Position numbers and translations under genes: made by a program
Assembly (NCBI GenBank): GCA_044353195.1
Contig: JBILCJ010000001.1
Span: 9,213-73,212 of the forward strand
DNA length: 64,000 bases
Origin: Bacteroidia bacterium
GTDB taxonomy: Bacteria; Bacteroidota; Bacteroidia; B-17B0; Aurantibacillaceae
Direction: 5' to 3'
Part shown: positions 20,095-30,718 of the stretch, one piece after another
How the letters are laid out: each line of letters opens with the position of its first letter
How positions within the stretch are numbered: the stretch's first letter is position 1
The notes under the pieces: model-generated
Databases searched by the model: none
Told to the model about the DNA's origin: nothing
What the model saw: only the letters and a program-made list of their open reading frames with translations

Positions 20095-20775
20095 TTAATT
20101 GGATTTTGGTTTTTTAAAATAATCCATAATCAAAATGGGTATCAGCATTAAACTTAACCCATATAAAGTATCCTCTAAAGGTATTGTAAATAGGCGTAAG
20201 TTCATGTTTTCGTTATTATTATAGATCACAACAGGTAATGCGGTTAATAGGCCGTTACAAATCAAAAATGGGATAAGTGAAATAAAATAAGCTAAAAAAA
20301 ATCGTCCTAAATTCTGTGACTTGTAAATAAACGCTGCATATAAAAGCATGATTAGACAAATAGAGGCATTAACAAGTGTGTAAGTTTTATCATGAAATAA
20401 AATAATCAAAACGAGACAAATTACCGATATGACAACGCTGTATGGTTTTCCACAACCGATCACGTCTCTTTTTGTATAACCATTTACAACCTCATAAATA
20501 AATATACAAGCGTAGGGAACAGTTATAAAAAATAGTATTTCTTCGATCGGAAGATTGAATATATATATACCTATGATGTAAGTAGGATTAAAACTCCAAA
20601 CACCAAGTTTCGTGAATAAAATATCCCAAATAATAAAGAATGCTGCACTTATAAGGATTCCAATAAATAATGGTTTCCAAAGTTTATAGTAAGCTATTTT
20701 TTTATCAAAGCTAAGGATGAAAGGAAAAAAAATACATGCTAAATTTAAAATTAGGTAAGTAAAATGAGTATCCAT
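20095..20775 (-). CDS. crtY: Lycopene cyclase domain protein (fused CrtYc/CrtYd type)
   Basis: 226 aa, about 7 TM segments, two lycopene-cyclase-domain-like halves. It sits next to crtZ. Confidence 0.7.
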   Translation of the reverse strand: MDTHFTYLILNLACIFFPFILSFDKKIAYYKLWKPLFIGILISAAFFIIWDILFTKLGVWSFNPTYIIGIYIFNLPIEEILFFITVPYACIFIYEVVNGYTKRDVIGCGKPYSVVISVICLVLIILFHDKTYTLVNASICLIMLLYAAFIYKSQNLGRFFLAYFISLIPFLICNGLLTALPVVIYNNNENMNLRLFTIPLEDTLYGLSLMLIPILIMDYFKKPKSN

Positions 20776-20801
20776 AATCTAATTAATTAAGCTAGTAAAA
20801 T

Positions 20802-21248
20802 TTAATTTCCTTTAAAATATTTGAAAGGAACAATGAGCATACCAAAATTTTCGCTATCATATTTTCCAATATTTTTATGATGAATTTTATGCGCTCTTTT
20901 TATGCCTTTTACATACCAATTATTTGATTTAGAAAACCATTTAAATCGCTGATGAATAACAACCTCATGAACTATAAAATAAGCAATGCCATAGGCTAAG
21001 ATACCAATACCAATGTAAAATTTAAAATCAAACCCATTCATAGAACCAAACATGATTCCTAGCCAACTTGGAATAGCGTAAATTAAAAAAAACACATCGT
21101 TCTTTTCAAAGAAACCATGGTTGCTTTGATCATGATGATCTCTGTGAAAATGCCACATGGTTCCATGCATAATAAATTTATGTGTAAACCAAGCCGCAAA
21201 TTCCATTCCAAAAAAGGCAATTGCTATTAGTAAAAAATTTTGTCCCAT
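20802..21248 (-). CDS. crtZ: Beta-carotene hydroxylase
   Basis: Histidine boxes HKFIMH, HRDHH, HEVVIHQR and HKIHH. 148 aa. Confidence 0.9.
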   Translation of the reverse strand: MGQNFLLIAIAFFGMEFAAWFTHKFIMHGTMWHFHRDHHDQSNHGFFEKNDVFFLIYAIPSWLGIMFGSMNGFDFKFYIGIGILAYGIAYFIVHEVVIHQRFKWFSKSNNWYVKGIKRAHKIHHKNIGKYDSENFGMLIVPFKYFKGN

Positions 21249-21278
21249 AACATGAATACAATCGAAAATTAGTTTTGT

Positions 21279-21893
21279 TTAAACAGTATTTAAAATTACA
21301 AAAAATAACAGTTGTATGATATAAAATCCTTTTGCCGTGTAATTAACTGAATTTATAAGTGTTTTTTGAAATAGTAGATTTAAACCAACTGAAATTAAAA
21401 ACCATGCTGCGTAATTTTGAATTGGAATTTGATTATTTTCCCAATACCAAAAATCATACCGTGAGGCAATGTGCTCAATAAAAAAATCGATAAAAGTCAT
21501 TAAAAATGAGCTAAATAGAACATTCACTATTCTATTTTTAAATTTGCAAAATTGTGAAGTGCCGTAAAGTAAAATAGCCCAATTGAATCCTATGAGGATT
21601 GGCACAGAAAACAAACTAAAACCAAATGCTTCCCCGTATTGATAATTGCCAAAAATAATCCCAGTTTTTACACCAATAACTTCAATTAAAAATCCAATCA
21701 GTGCAATACTCATGAGGATAATGTATAATTTTTTATTTTTTTCTGCTGCTAATAAAACTAAACATATTGATAACAATAAATTAACAGGGCTCAACGATTT
21801 AAAGGTATCAGGTAGTGTCAAAAACCCTATAATTCCTACTAAATGAAAGATACCAATGATAAGTAATGAAATATTTTTTTTAATCAAATTCAT
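21279..21893 (-). CDS. Carotenoid biosynthesis protein (DUF422 family)
   Basis: Polytopic protein with GIIFGNYQYG. I place the start at the internal ATG 21893 (MNLIKKN...) because the listed 21998 start would overlap ppk1. Confidence 0.65.
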   Translation of the reverse strand: MNLIKKNISLLIIGIFHLVGIIGFLTLPDTFKSLSPVNLLLSICLVLLAAEKNKKLYIILMSIALIGFLIEVIGVKTGIIFGNYQYGEAFGFSLFSVPILIGFNWAILLYGTSQFCKFKNRIVNVLFSSFLMTFIDFFIEHIASRYDFWYWENNQIPIQNYAAWFLISVGLNLLFQKTLINSVNYTAKGFYIIQLLFFVILNTV

Positions 21894-21976
21894 GACTACT
21901 AAAGTAGTTAAAAATACATTTAAAATAATGTTTAATGAGTATATTTGATTATTCATTTTTTGAATTTTTAGAGCGT

Positions 21977-24070
21977 ATGCAAAAGCAAAAAACACCATAT
22001 ATCAATAGAGAAATTAGCTGGCTTTCTTTCAATGAAAGAGTTTTACAAGAAGCTGCAGATGCATCAACACCATTGATTGAACGTTTAAAATTTTTAGGAA
22101 TTTTTAGCAATAATCGGGATGAGTTTTATCGAGTTCGTGTTGCTACGATTAATCGCTTAACAAAGTTAGGCAAAAAGGCTATTTCAGTATATGGCGACGA
22201 CCCGAAAGAATTATTGGTTAAACTACAACGTAAGGTTATTGAACAGCAAAAGAGTTTTGAAGAAATTTATCAAGATTTATTGATTCAGTTAGCTAAACAA
22301 AATGTGTTTATTATAAATGAAAAACAGTTAAGTCTTAACCAGCAGCAATACGTTAAAACTTATTTTCATGACGAGGTAGTATCAACGTTATTTCCAATTT
22401 TAGTTGATGAGCATAAGTCTTTTCCATACATGAAAGATAAATCTGGATATTTATTTGTTCGTTTGATTGCCAACTCACCACGAAAGAAAAATAAATATGC
22501 ACTTATTGAAATCCCCGCTAACTCTACAAGTCGCTTCGTTATTCTTCCTGCTGAAAAGAATAAACAATACATCATTCTTTTAGATGATGTTATTCGTTTT
22601 AACGTAAATGAAATGTTTTCCGTTTTTGGCTACACGACCAAGGAAGCTATAAATATTAAATTGACTCGAGATGCAGAATTAGATATTGATCAAGATGTAA
22701 GTAAAAGTATGCTTGAAAAAATATCAAAAGGTGTTAAGGATCGTAAGAAAGGTCAGCCTGTTCGTTTTGTTTATGATAGTACAATGAGCAAAGAGATGCT
22801 TAGCTTTATTATGAAAAAATTAGGAATGGATAAAAAAGATAATGCTATTCCTGGCGGACGTTACCATAACTTTAAAGATTTTATAAAATTTCCTACTATT
22901 GGTGATAAGAAATTAGTTTATAATCATCCTCATCCTTTAAATCATAAATATTTACTCAATACAGATCAAACTATTTTAAGCGTAGTTAAAGAAAAAGATA
23001 TCTTATTGCATTACCCTTATCATTCTTTTAATCATATTATTACTTTATTAAGAGAAGCTTCACTCGACCCAACCGTCGAGTCCATTAAAATCACTTTTTA
23101 CCGTGTTGCCGATTCTTCAAAAATTGCAAATGCATTAATTAATGCTATTAAAAATGGGAAAAAAGTAACTGTTCTTGTTGAGTTACAAGCACGCTTTGAT
23201 GAATCTAATAATATTTATTGGGCCAACAAATTGCAGGAAGAAGGAGCAACAGTGATTTACGGAGTTCCTGGACTAAAAGTACACAGTAAATTATTTTTGA
23301 TTACAACTAAAGTAAATGGCAAAGAAGTTAAGTATGCTCACATTGGAACGGGTAACTTCAACGAAAAGACAGCCCGTATTTATACCGATTTCAGTTTACT
23401 TACTGCTGATAAAAACATTACTGATGAAATTTCAAAAGTATTTGATTTTTATTCGAACAACTTTAAAACCGGAGAATACAAGCATTTAGCTGTGGCGCCA
23501 TTTTTTATGCGCCAAACTTTTGTGAATTTAATTGATAAAGAAATAAGCAATGCGAAGGCAGGAAAAATGGCTTATATGATTTTAAAGATGAATAGTTTGG
23601 TGGATAAGGATATGATTGCTAAACTTTATGAAGCATCACAAGCTGGCGTAAAAATTACATTGATAGTAAGAGGGATATGTTCTTTAGTTACTGAAATTCA
23701 AGGATTCAGTGATAATATCAAGGCTTACAGTATTGTAGATAAATATTTAGAACATGCGCGTGTATTTATTTTTGCAAATAGTGGAAACGAAAAAATGTAT
23801 ATCACTTCAGCTGATTGGATGAGCAGAAATTTAGATAGCAGGAGTGAAGTAGCAGTTCCTATTTTATCTTCTGAAGTAAAACAACAGATTAAAGACATTA
23901 TTAATATTCAATTATCTGGCAACACAAAAGTTCGTATACTGGATAGGCTGCAACAAAATATTTATGTGAAAGCGAAACCGGGACAGAAAAAAATTCGTGT
24001 ACAAGATGAAATATATAATTATCTAAAACAAGATAAAGAAGTATATTTAAAATCAATTGGAAAAAAGTAA
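21977..24070 (+). CDS. ppk1: Polyphosphate kinase 1
   Basis: The N-terminus MQKQKTPYINREISWLSFNERVLQEA matches the canonical PPK1 start, so I prefer ATG 21977 over the listed 21935. Two PLD-like HxK regions are present. Confidence 0.93.
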   Translation: MQKQKTPYINREISWLSFNERVLQEAADASTPLIERLKFLGIFSNNRDEFYRVRVATINRLTKLGKKAISVYGDDPKELLVKLQRKVIEQQKSFEEIYQDLLIQLAKQNVFIINEKQLSLNQQQYVKTYFHDEVVSTLFPILVDEHKSFPYMKDKSGYLFVRLIANSPRKKNKYALIEIPANSTSRFVILPAEKNKQYIILLDDVIRFNVNEMFSVFGYTTKEAINIKLTRDAELDIDQDVSKSMLEKISKGVKDRKKGQPVRFVYDSTMSKEMLSFIMKKLGMDKKDNAIPGGRYHNFKDFIKFPTIGDKKLVYNHPHPLNHKYLLNTDQTILSVVKEKDILLHYPYHSFNHIITLLREASLDPTVESIKITFYRVADSSKIANALINAIKNGKKVTVLVELQARFDESNNIYWANKLQEEGATVIYGVPGLKVHSKLFLITTKVNGKEVKYAHIGTGNFNEKTARIYTDFSLLTADKNITDEISKVFDFYSNNFKTGEYKHLAVAPFFMRQTFVNLIDKEISNAKAGKMAYMILKMNSLVDKDMIAKLYEASQAGVKITLIVRGICSLVTEIQGFSDNIKAYSIVDKYLEHARVFIFANSGNEKMYITSADWMSRNLDSRSEVAVPILSSEVKQQIKDIINIQLSGNTKVRILDRLQQNIYVKAKPGQKKIRVQDEIYNYLKQDKEVYLKSIGKK

Positions 24071-24955
24071 ATGAACACTATGATTTTTGCAGCAATAGAT
24101 ATTGGAAGTAATGCCATGCGATTATTATTTTGCAGAGCTTATGAAGTGAATGGGAAACCACATTTTTCAAAGGAAGAATTGATACGTGTGCCGATTCGCT
24201 TAGGTGAAGATGTTTTTTTGAATGGAAGAATTTCAGAAAAAAAAATTGAGAAACTTACAACTGCAATGATAGCATTTCAAAAATTGATAGCAGTATATCA
24301 AGTAGATGCTTTTAGAGTTGTTGCAACCAGTGCGATGAGAGATGCTTCAAACAGTAAAGAAGTGATTGAACATATAGAAAAAGAAAGTGGATTAAAAATA
24401 GAAATTATTGACGGTAAATTAGAAGCTCAATTAGTTTTTTCAAATCATATTGAAGAAATGCTCAATCCGAAACACGCTTATATGTATATTGATGTGGGTG
24501 GTGGAAGCACAGAATTAACGTTGTATCACAATCAAAAAGTAATTGCATCTAAATCATTCAATATTGGTACTGTTCGTATGCTTTTAAATAAAGTAGAAAA
24601 AGATGAGTGGGATTACATGAAGGATTGGATTAAGAAAACAACCTTGGGTATTCATCCTATCCATGCCATTGGTTCAGGTGGAAACATCAATAAGATTTAC
24701 AAAATGACTAAAAAGGAAAACAATAATATTAGTTATAGTAAATTAAAAGGAATATATGAAATGCTTAATTCATATACTTATAACGAGCGCGTGGAAGTGT
24801 TGAGTTTAAAGCCTGATAGGGCAGATGTAATTGTACACGCAGCAAAAATATTTATTACAATTATGAAAACTGCTGAAATGGAAACCATTTTTGTTCCTCA
24901 AATTGGTCTGTCGGATGGTATTGTGCATGATTTGTACGAAAAACAAAACAAATAA
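24071..24955 (+). CDS. ppx: Exopolyphosphatase (Ppx/GppA family, short form)
   Basis: AAIDIGSNAMRLL and DVGGGSTE are ASKHA phosphate-binding motifs. The start abuts the ppk1 stop. Confidence 0.85.
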   Translation: MNTMIFAAIDIGSNAMRLLFCRAYEVNGKPHFSKEELIRVPIRLGEDVFLNGRISEKKIEKLTTAMIAFQKLIAVYQVDAFRVVATSAMRDASNSKEVIEHIEKESGLKIEIIDGKLEAQLVFSNHIEEMLNPKHAYMYIDVGGGSTELTLYHNQKVIASKSFNIGTVRMLLNKVEKDEWDYMKDWIKKTTLGIHPIHAIGSGGNINKIYKMTKKENNNISYSKLKGIYEMLNSYTYNERVEVLSLKPDRADVIVHAAKIFITIMKTAEMETIFVPQIGLSDGIVHDLYEKQNK

Positions 24956-24974
24956 TTAACACAATAATAATACA

Positions 24975-25775
24975 ATGCGATTATTTAGCATAGCAATGAG
25001 TTGTTTTATAGTATTAAATGCATTTGTTTTACAATCAGACGTTGCTTTTAAAACAATTCTTGTTAACGATAAATCTGCCCATATTAAGATTGATGATTTT
25101 GGTAACACATATGTCATTACTAAAACTGAAATTTTGAAATACACTATTAATGGACTATTCATGAAGTCTTTTAGTGCAAAACGATATGGAAGTATTGATT
25201 TTGTTGATGTTACGAATCCTTTAAAAATTTTAGTTTATTATAAAGATTTTCAACAAATTTTATTTTTAGACAATCAACTTACTGCTGCTAGTAATATGAT
25301 ATCACTTGAAAATTTAGGTTTAGAGCAAACCAGCTTAGTATGTACTTCTGTAAACAATAGTTTTTGGTTGTTTGACAAGCAAAATAATTCCTTATTACGT
25401 TTTAATGCGAAATCTAATCAACTTGTTAAAATAGATAATTTAAAACGTGTTTTGGATATGGATTTAAAACCTAATTTTTTGAAAGAAAAGAATAATTACG
25501 TGTATTTAAATTGTCCTGATGAAGGCATTCTAGTTTTTGACATGTATGGTTCTTTTTTAAAAACCTTGCCAATCAAAAAACTGTTCGAATTTGATATTAA
25601 AAATGAGAACATTATTTACTTTAAAGATAATAGCTTGAACGAGTACAAGACAAAAATGTTTACGACCAACAGCAAACCTTTTAGAGATTCTTTGATTAAA
25701 ACAATTTATTGGCAAGGAAATCATTTTTACAAAGTTTATCAAGATTCTGTTATTCAAGTGATAAAAACAGATTAG
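24975..25775 (+). CDS. Secreted hypothetical protein
   Basis: N-terminal signal peptide. 266 aa, beta-rich and repeat-like, with no recognisable motif. Confidence 0.55.
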   Translation: MRLFSIAMSCFIVLNAFVLQSDVAFKTILVNDKSAHIKIDDFGNTYVITKTEILKYTINGLFMKSFSAKRYGSIDFVDVTNPLKILVYYKDFQQILFLDNQLTAASNMISLENLGLEQTSLVCTSVNNSFWLFDKQNNSLLRFNAKSNQLVKIDNLKRVLDMDLKPNFLKEKNNYVYLNCPDEGILVFDMYGSFLKTLPIKKLFEFDIKNENIIYFKDNSLNEYKTKMFTTNSKPFRDSLIKTIYWQGNHFYKVYQDSVIQVIKTD

Positions 25776-25791
25776 AAATTGAAGGAGTTAG

Positions 25792-25842
25792 ATTAAACTA
25801 AAAAGGTTGTTTGAATTATTCAAACAACCTTTTTAGTTTAAT
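25792..25842. terminator. 51-nt perfect palindrome (25-bp arms), bidirectional terminator candidate
   Basis: Checked base by base: 25792-25816 is the exact reverse complement of 25818-25842. It lies between convergent stop codons at 25775 and 25858, with A/T runs inside the arms. Confidence 0.7.
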
Positions 25843-25857
25843 TATATTGAGTAAAAC

Positions 25858-26406
25858 TTATGCTACTCCTGTTTTTCTAACACCAGCAGTTTTTTTAACA
25901 CCTGTGCTTGTTTTTGCTTTAGTTGTATCTTTAGTTACTGTTTTTTTAATTGTCGCTTTTTTCTCAGTAGCAGCTTTTACGATTTTTTCAGTTGCTTCAT
26001 CCTTGCCAGCAGTGGCTTCTTTAACTTTGAGATTTCCTGTTGATTGTAATCCGTTATACCAAGTAAATAATTTTTTCATATTACTTGTATAAACGCGTTC
26101 TTTATCATAGTCTGGTAAAACAGATTCAAAATAACTCGCAACTGCTTTATCATCCGATTTGGAGTCTAGACATGGGCCACCATTTTCTTTATCAAATATG
26201 GATTTCATGATTTCAGCAACAGGTTTATCTTCTCCTGTTGTAAACATACTGATATCTTCTAATGAACTTACTTTCGCTGTTGAACTAATTGAAGAACGTT
26301 TTTTATCTGTTAATCCTTCAACTATAATTCCGTTTTTTGTTTGAGCCACTACCTTAAATAATCCAGATTGGCCACTAATTGCAATAATTCCCGTTAAATC
26401 GATCAT
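25858..26406 (-). CDS. DUF5606 domain protein with Lys/Thr/Ala-rich histone-H1-like C-terminal tail
   Basis: The N-terminus MIDLTGIIAISGQSGLFKVV is typical of DUF5606. The tail is KKATIKKTVTKDTTKAKTSTGVKKTAGVRKTGVA. Confidence 0.7.
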   Translation of the reverse strand: MIDLTGIIAISGQSGLFKVVAQTKNGIIVEGLTDKKRSSISSTAKVSSLEDISMFTTGEDKPVAEIMKSIFDKENGGPCLDSKSDDKAVASYFESVLPDYDKERVYTSNMKKLFTWYNGLQSTGNLKVKEATAGKDEATEKIVKAATEKKATIKKTVTKDTTKAKTSTGVKKTAGVRKTGVA

Positions 26407-26863
26407 GTTTTTTCTAAAAGTTTATAAAACAAAATTAATAAAATTTTGGGTATTCACAAATTCTGTTTTTTATTCGCCCATATTCAAATTCTATTTTTCA
26501 TTATAATTTGAATATCATATTTATTTTTTTTCTGTTTGTTATGTTAATTCGTAGATACTAATGTTTTCAGTAAAACAGAACCATAAAAGGCAGAAAATAG
26601 CCACTCTCTTAATAAAAAAAATTATCCATCAAAATCTATTTATAGATATTTTTCAATAATTTCAATTATTCTACTTATATCCTCTGTTTATTGGGCTTTT
26701 AGGCATTTTCAACTTTTTCTGCACATTTCATAATGTTAAAAAAACCCCCTTAATGTTAATTTCATTTTTAAAAAATCCAATCATTTTTAATGATGTTTGT
26801 AAAAACAAATTATAATCTCATTTGTAATAACAGTAAGAATAAATAAATTAAACAATAATATAT

Positions 26864-27835
26864 ATGAACGAACCAATACTTGCAGAAAATAAAGATCGTT
26901 TTGTGATTTTTCCTATAAAACACAATGATATTTGGGAATTCTATAAAAAATCAGAAGCAAGTTTTTGGACTGCTGAAGAGATTGATTTATCAAATGATAA
27001 TGCAGATTGGGATAATAAGTTAAATGATAATGAACGTCATTTTGTAAAACATGTTTTAGCTTTCTTCGCTGCAAGTGATGGTATTGTTAATGAAAATTTA
27101 GCAATCAATTTTTTAAATGAAGTTCAATATCCTGAAGCGCGTTTCTTTTATGGCTTTCAAGTGATGATGGAAAACATTCACTCAGAAACTTACTCTTTGT
27201 TAATTGATACGTATATTAAAGATCCCGCTGAAAAAGATAAATTATTACATGCCGTAGAAACAGTTCCTTGTGTTGGCAAAAAAGCAGAATGGGCTTTAAC
27301 TTGGATTCAAAATGGAACATTTGCAGAGCGCTTAATTGCTTTTGCAGCCGTAGAAGGGATATTTTTCTCAGGTTCGTTTTGTTCTATTTTTTGGTTGAAG
27401 AAACGTGGTTTAATGCCAGGTTTGAGTTTTAGTAATGAATTAATCTCTCGTGATGAAGGCCTACATTGTGATTTCGCATGTATGCTATATGCAGATCACA
27501 TTAAGTATAAATTACCAAAAGAACAGGTTATTAAAATTATCACTGACGCTGTTGTGATTGAAAAAGAATTTGTATCTGACGCTATTCCTGTTCGTTTAAT
27601 TGGAATGAATGCTGATTTAATGTGTCAATACATTGAGTTTTGCGCAGATCGTTTATTATTGGCATTAGGATGCGACAAATTTTATAACGCGTCTAATCCG
27701 TTTGATTTTATGGAAATTATTTCTCTACAAGGCAAAACAAATTTCTTTGAAAAGCGTGTAGCTGAATACCAAAAATCAGGCGTTATGAATAATAAGGAAG
27801 AAAATAACGTATTTAATCTGGATGAAGATTTTTAG
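26864..27835 (+). CDS. nrdB: Ribonucleotide reductase class Ia small subunit
   Basis: Di-iron/tyrosyl radical motifs ([33 protein letters not shown]) and a C-terminal acidic tail ending DEDF. Confidence 0.95.
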   Translation: MNEPILAENKDRFVIFPIKHNDIWEFYKKSEASFWTAEEIDLSNDNADWDNKLNDNERHFVKHVLAFFAASDGIVNENLAINFLNEVQYPEARFFYGFQVMMENIHSETYSLLIDTYIKDPAEKDKLLHAVETVPCVGKKAEWALTWIQNGTFAERLIAFAAVEGIFFSGSFCSIFWLKKRGLMPGLSFSNELISRDEGLHCDFACMLYADHIKYKLPKEQVIKIITDAVVIEKEFVSDAIPVRLIGMNADLMCQYIEFCADRLLLALGCDKFYNASNPFDFMEIISLQGKTNFFEKRVAEYQKSGVMNNKEENNVFNLDEDF

Positions 27836-28117
27836 ATAAAATCGTTCATCGGCAAAATCCCTAAATTGAACTGTAAAATATCAGTGCAACGAGTTAAAAA
27901 ACTTGTATGGGAAAACTAGCCTCCAGAAATACGTTCATTAAATGTTAAATTTTTGTTGCTTCGCTTGAAGCATTGAAAACAAAGAGAAAAAATAATTAAC
28001 CACCACTTTGTTGAAAACCAAATGTGGCAAACAAAAAAAAAGAAGAATATAGTTATAACTTGTTATAGCGAAAATGATACTGAAAAACTAAACTAAAACT
28101 ACTAAAAACTAAAGGCG

Positions 28118-30529
28118 ATGTTTGTAATTAAAAGAGATGGTACTCAAGAATCTGTGAAATTTGATAAAATCACAGCGCGTGTTCAAAAGCTTAGCTACGG
28201 CTTAGATCCAGCTTTTGTTGATCCTATTCAAGTAGCTAAAAAAGTAATTGATGGTGTTTACGATGGTGTAAGCACAGTTGATTTAGATAATCTTGCCGCA
28301 GAAACTGCCGCATCATTAACTACAAAGCATCCTGATTATGCTCAATTAGCATCACGTATTGCTGTAAGTAATTTGCATAAAAATACAATCAAATCATTCT
28401 CAAAAACAATTGAGATTTTATTTAATTATGTTGATCCAAAAACAAATCAAAAAGCATCTTTAATTGCCGAAGATGTTTATGAAATTGTTATGAAGAACGC
28501 ACAGTTATTAGATTCATCTATTATTTATGATAGAGATTTTGGTTATGATTATTTTGGTTTTAAAACCTTAGAGCGTTCTTATTTATTAAGAACACATGGT
28601 AAAGTTACTGAGCGTCCGCAACACATGTTAATGCGCGTGTCAATTGGTATACATAAAGAAGATATTGCAGCAGCAATTGAAACATATAATTTAATGAGTG
28701 AGCGTTGGTTTACACATGCAACACCAACATTATTTAATGCAGGTACTCCAAAACCACAAATGAGCTCTTGCTTTTTATTACAAGCAAAAGAAGATAGTAT
28801 TGATGGAATTTACGACACATTAAAACAATGTGCTCGTATATCTCAATCAGCTGGAGGTATTGGTTTAGCAATTCATAAAGTGCGCGCAACAGGTTCTTAT
28901 ATTAAGGGAACGAACGGAACCTCAAATGGTATTTTGCCAATGCTTAAAGTATTTAACGAAACAGCTCGTTACGTTGATCAAGGTGGCGGAAAACGTAAAG
29001 GTTCAATTGCCGTTTATTTAGAACCTTGGCATGCGGATATTTATCAGTTTTTAGATATTCGTAAAAATCATGGTAAAGAAGAAATGCGTGCTCGTGATTT
29101 ATTTACAGCGTTATGGATTCCTGATTTATTTATGAAGCGTGTAGAAGCAGAAGGAATGTGGAGTTTAATGTGTCCTAACGAATGTCCTAATTTATTCACA
29201 ACACATGGTGCAGAGTTTGAAGCATTGTATACTAAATACGAAGCAGAAGGTAAATTCCGTAAACAAGTTCCAGCACGCGAATTATGGGCAGCTATTATCG
29301 ATTCGCAAATCGAGACAGGAAATCCTTACATGTTATTTAAAGATGCGTGTAATTTAAAATCAAATCAATCTCATTTAGGTACAATCCAATCTTCTAACTT
29401 ATGTACTGAAATTGTTGAATACACAAGTCCTGATGAAGTAGCGGTTTGTAATTTAGCATCTATCGCCTTACCTCGTTTTGTTGATGAAAAAACAGGAACA
29501 TTTGATCACCAACGTTTATTTGATGTAACGTATATCATCACTAAAAATTTAAATAAAGTAATTGACCGTAACTACTACCCAATTCCTGAGGCACGTAATT
29601 CTAATATGCGCCACCGTCCAATTGGATTAGGAGTTCAAGGTTTAGCTGATGCATTTATTTTAATGCGTTACCCTTTTGAAAGTGAAGAAGCTAAAAAATT
29701 AAATGCTGAAATTTTTGAAACAATTTATTATGCTTCAATGACAGCTAGTAAAGATTTAGCAATGGTTGATGGCGCTTACGAATCGTATCCAGGTTCACCA
29801 TTATCAAAAGGCATTATGCAATTTGATATGTGGGGTGTAACACCAAGCCCACGTTGGGAATGGAACATATTAAAAGAAGAAGTTGCAAAATACGGAGTGC
29901 GTAACTCATTGTTATTAGCACCAATGCCAACAGCATCTACTTCTCAAATTTTAGGTAACAACGAATGTTTTGAACCATATACATCTAACATTTATAGCCG
30001 TAGAGTTTTAAGTGGTGAGTTTGCTGTTGTAAACAAACATTTATTGCGCGACTTAGTAAAATTAGGTATGTGGAACGACGCTCTAAAAAATAAAATCATT
30101 GGAGCAAATGGTTCAGTACAAAACATTCCTGAAATTCCTCAAAACATAAAAGATATTTACAAAACTGTTTGGGAAATTAAACAACGTACTATTATTGATA
30201 TGGCTGCCGATCGTGGTGCATACATTTGCCAATCTCAATCATTGAATTTATTTATCCAAGATGCAAACTTTGCAAAGTTATCTTCAGCACATTTTTATGC
30301 TTGGAAAAAAGGTTTGAAAACAGGTATGTATTATTTACGTACAAAAGCGGCAGCTGATGCGATTAAGTTTACAGTTGATCAAGCTGCATTATCTATACCT
30401 GTGTTAGGTAACGAAGATGCTTTATTATTTGAACGCGGCCAAGAGCATGTTATTAGCTTAGAAGAACAACAAGCGCAATTAGCTTGTAGTTTAGATAATC
30501 CAGATGCTTGCGAAGCTTGCGGATCTTAA
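28118..30529 (+). CDS. nrdA: Ribonucleotide reductase class Ia large subunit
   Basis: N-terminal ATP-cone ([16 protein letters not shown]), active-site NLCTEI, and a C-terminal CxxC tail (CEACGS). Confidence 0.95.
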   Translation: MFVIKRDGTQESVKFDKITARVQKLSYGLDPAFVDPIQVAKKVIDGVYDGVSTVDLDNLAAETAASLTTKHPDYAQLASRIAVSNLHKNTIKSFSKTIEILFNYVDPKTNQKASLIAEDVYEIVMKNAQLLDSSIIYDRDFGYDYFGFKTLERSYLLRTHGKVTERPQHMLMRVSIGIHKEDIAAAIETYNLMSERWFTHATPTLFNAGTPKPQMSSCFLLQAKEDSIDGIYDTLKQCARISQSAGGIGLAIHKVRATGSYIKGTNGTSNGILPMLKVFNETARYVDQGGGKRKGSIAVYLEPWHADIYQFLDIRKNHGKEEMRARDLFTALWIPDLFMKRVEAEGMWSLMCPNECPNLFTTHGAEFEALYTKYEAEGKFRKQVPARELWAAIIDSQIETGNPYMLFKDACNLKSNQSHLGTIQSSNLCTEIVEYTSPDEVAVCNLASIALPRFVDEKTGTFDHQRLFDVTYIITKNLNKVIDRNYYPIPEARNSNMRHRPIGLGVQGLADAFILMRYPFESEEAKKLNAEIFETIYYASMTASKDLAMVDGAYESYPGSPLSKGIMQFDMWGVTPSPRWEWNILKEEVAKYGVRNSLLLAPMPTASTSQILGNNECFEPYTSNIYSRRVLSGEFAVVNKHLLRDLVKLGMWNDALKNKIIGANGSVQNIPEIPQNIKDIYKTVWEIKQRTIIDMAADRGAYICQSQSLNLFIQDANFAKLSSAHFYAWKKGLKTGMYYLRTKAAADAIKFTVDQAALSIPVLGNEDALLFERGQEHVISLEEQQAQLACSLDNPDACEACGS

Positions 30530-30556
30530 TAACCTAAGAAAATAAAGTTTAACCCT

Positions 30557-30594
30557 AAAAAAAACCTCTCTAATTATTTAGAGAGGTTTTTTTT
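30557..30594. terminator. Bidirectional intrinsic terminator (nrdA and the convergent alcohol dehydrogenase gene)
   Basis: 17-bp perfect stem 30557-30573/30578-30594 (AAAAAAAACCTCTCTAA ttat TTAGAGAGGTTTTTTTT). Confidence 0.85.
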
Positions 30595-30718
30595 TTATCT
30601 TTTTCAATTTTAGAAAAGAATTTCGATAAGGAAATATCAAAGTAATTACAAATTCTCTTTTTTAAAATTAATGTATTCCAAAAAATTTTGGCGTTTTCCG
30701 TTTTTAAAAATACATCAA

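Noticed and set aside
21935-21998. Apparent 64-bp overlap of divergent ppk1 and DUF422 ORFs
   Set aside because: It is an artefact of longest-ORF calling. Internal ATGs at 21977 (ppk1, canonical N-terminus) and 21893 (DUF422) remove the overlap.
25811-26092. 93-aa plus-strand hydrophobic ORF
   Set aside because: It is antisense to the Lys/Ala/Thr-rich tail of the DUF5606 gene, so its composition is a mirror artefact.
26560-26630. Cobalamin riboswitch upstream of nrdB (agccactc resembles a B12-box fragment)
   Set aside because: It is an isolated 8-mer in AT-rich sequence. None of the other conserved B12-riboswitch helices or GC-rich cores are present.
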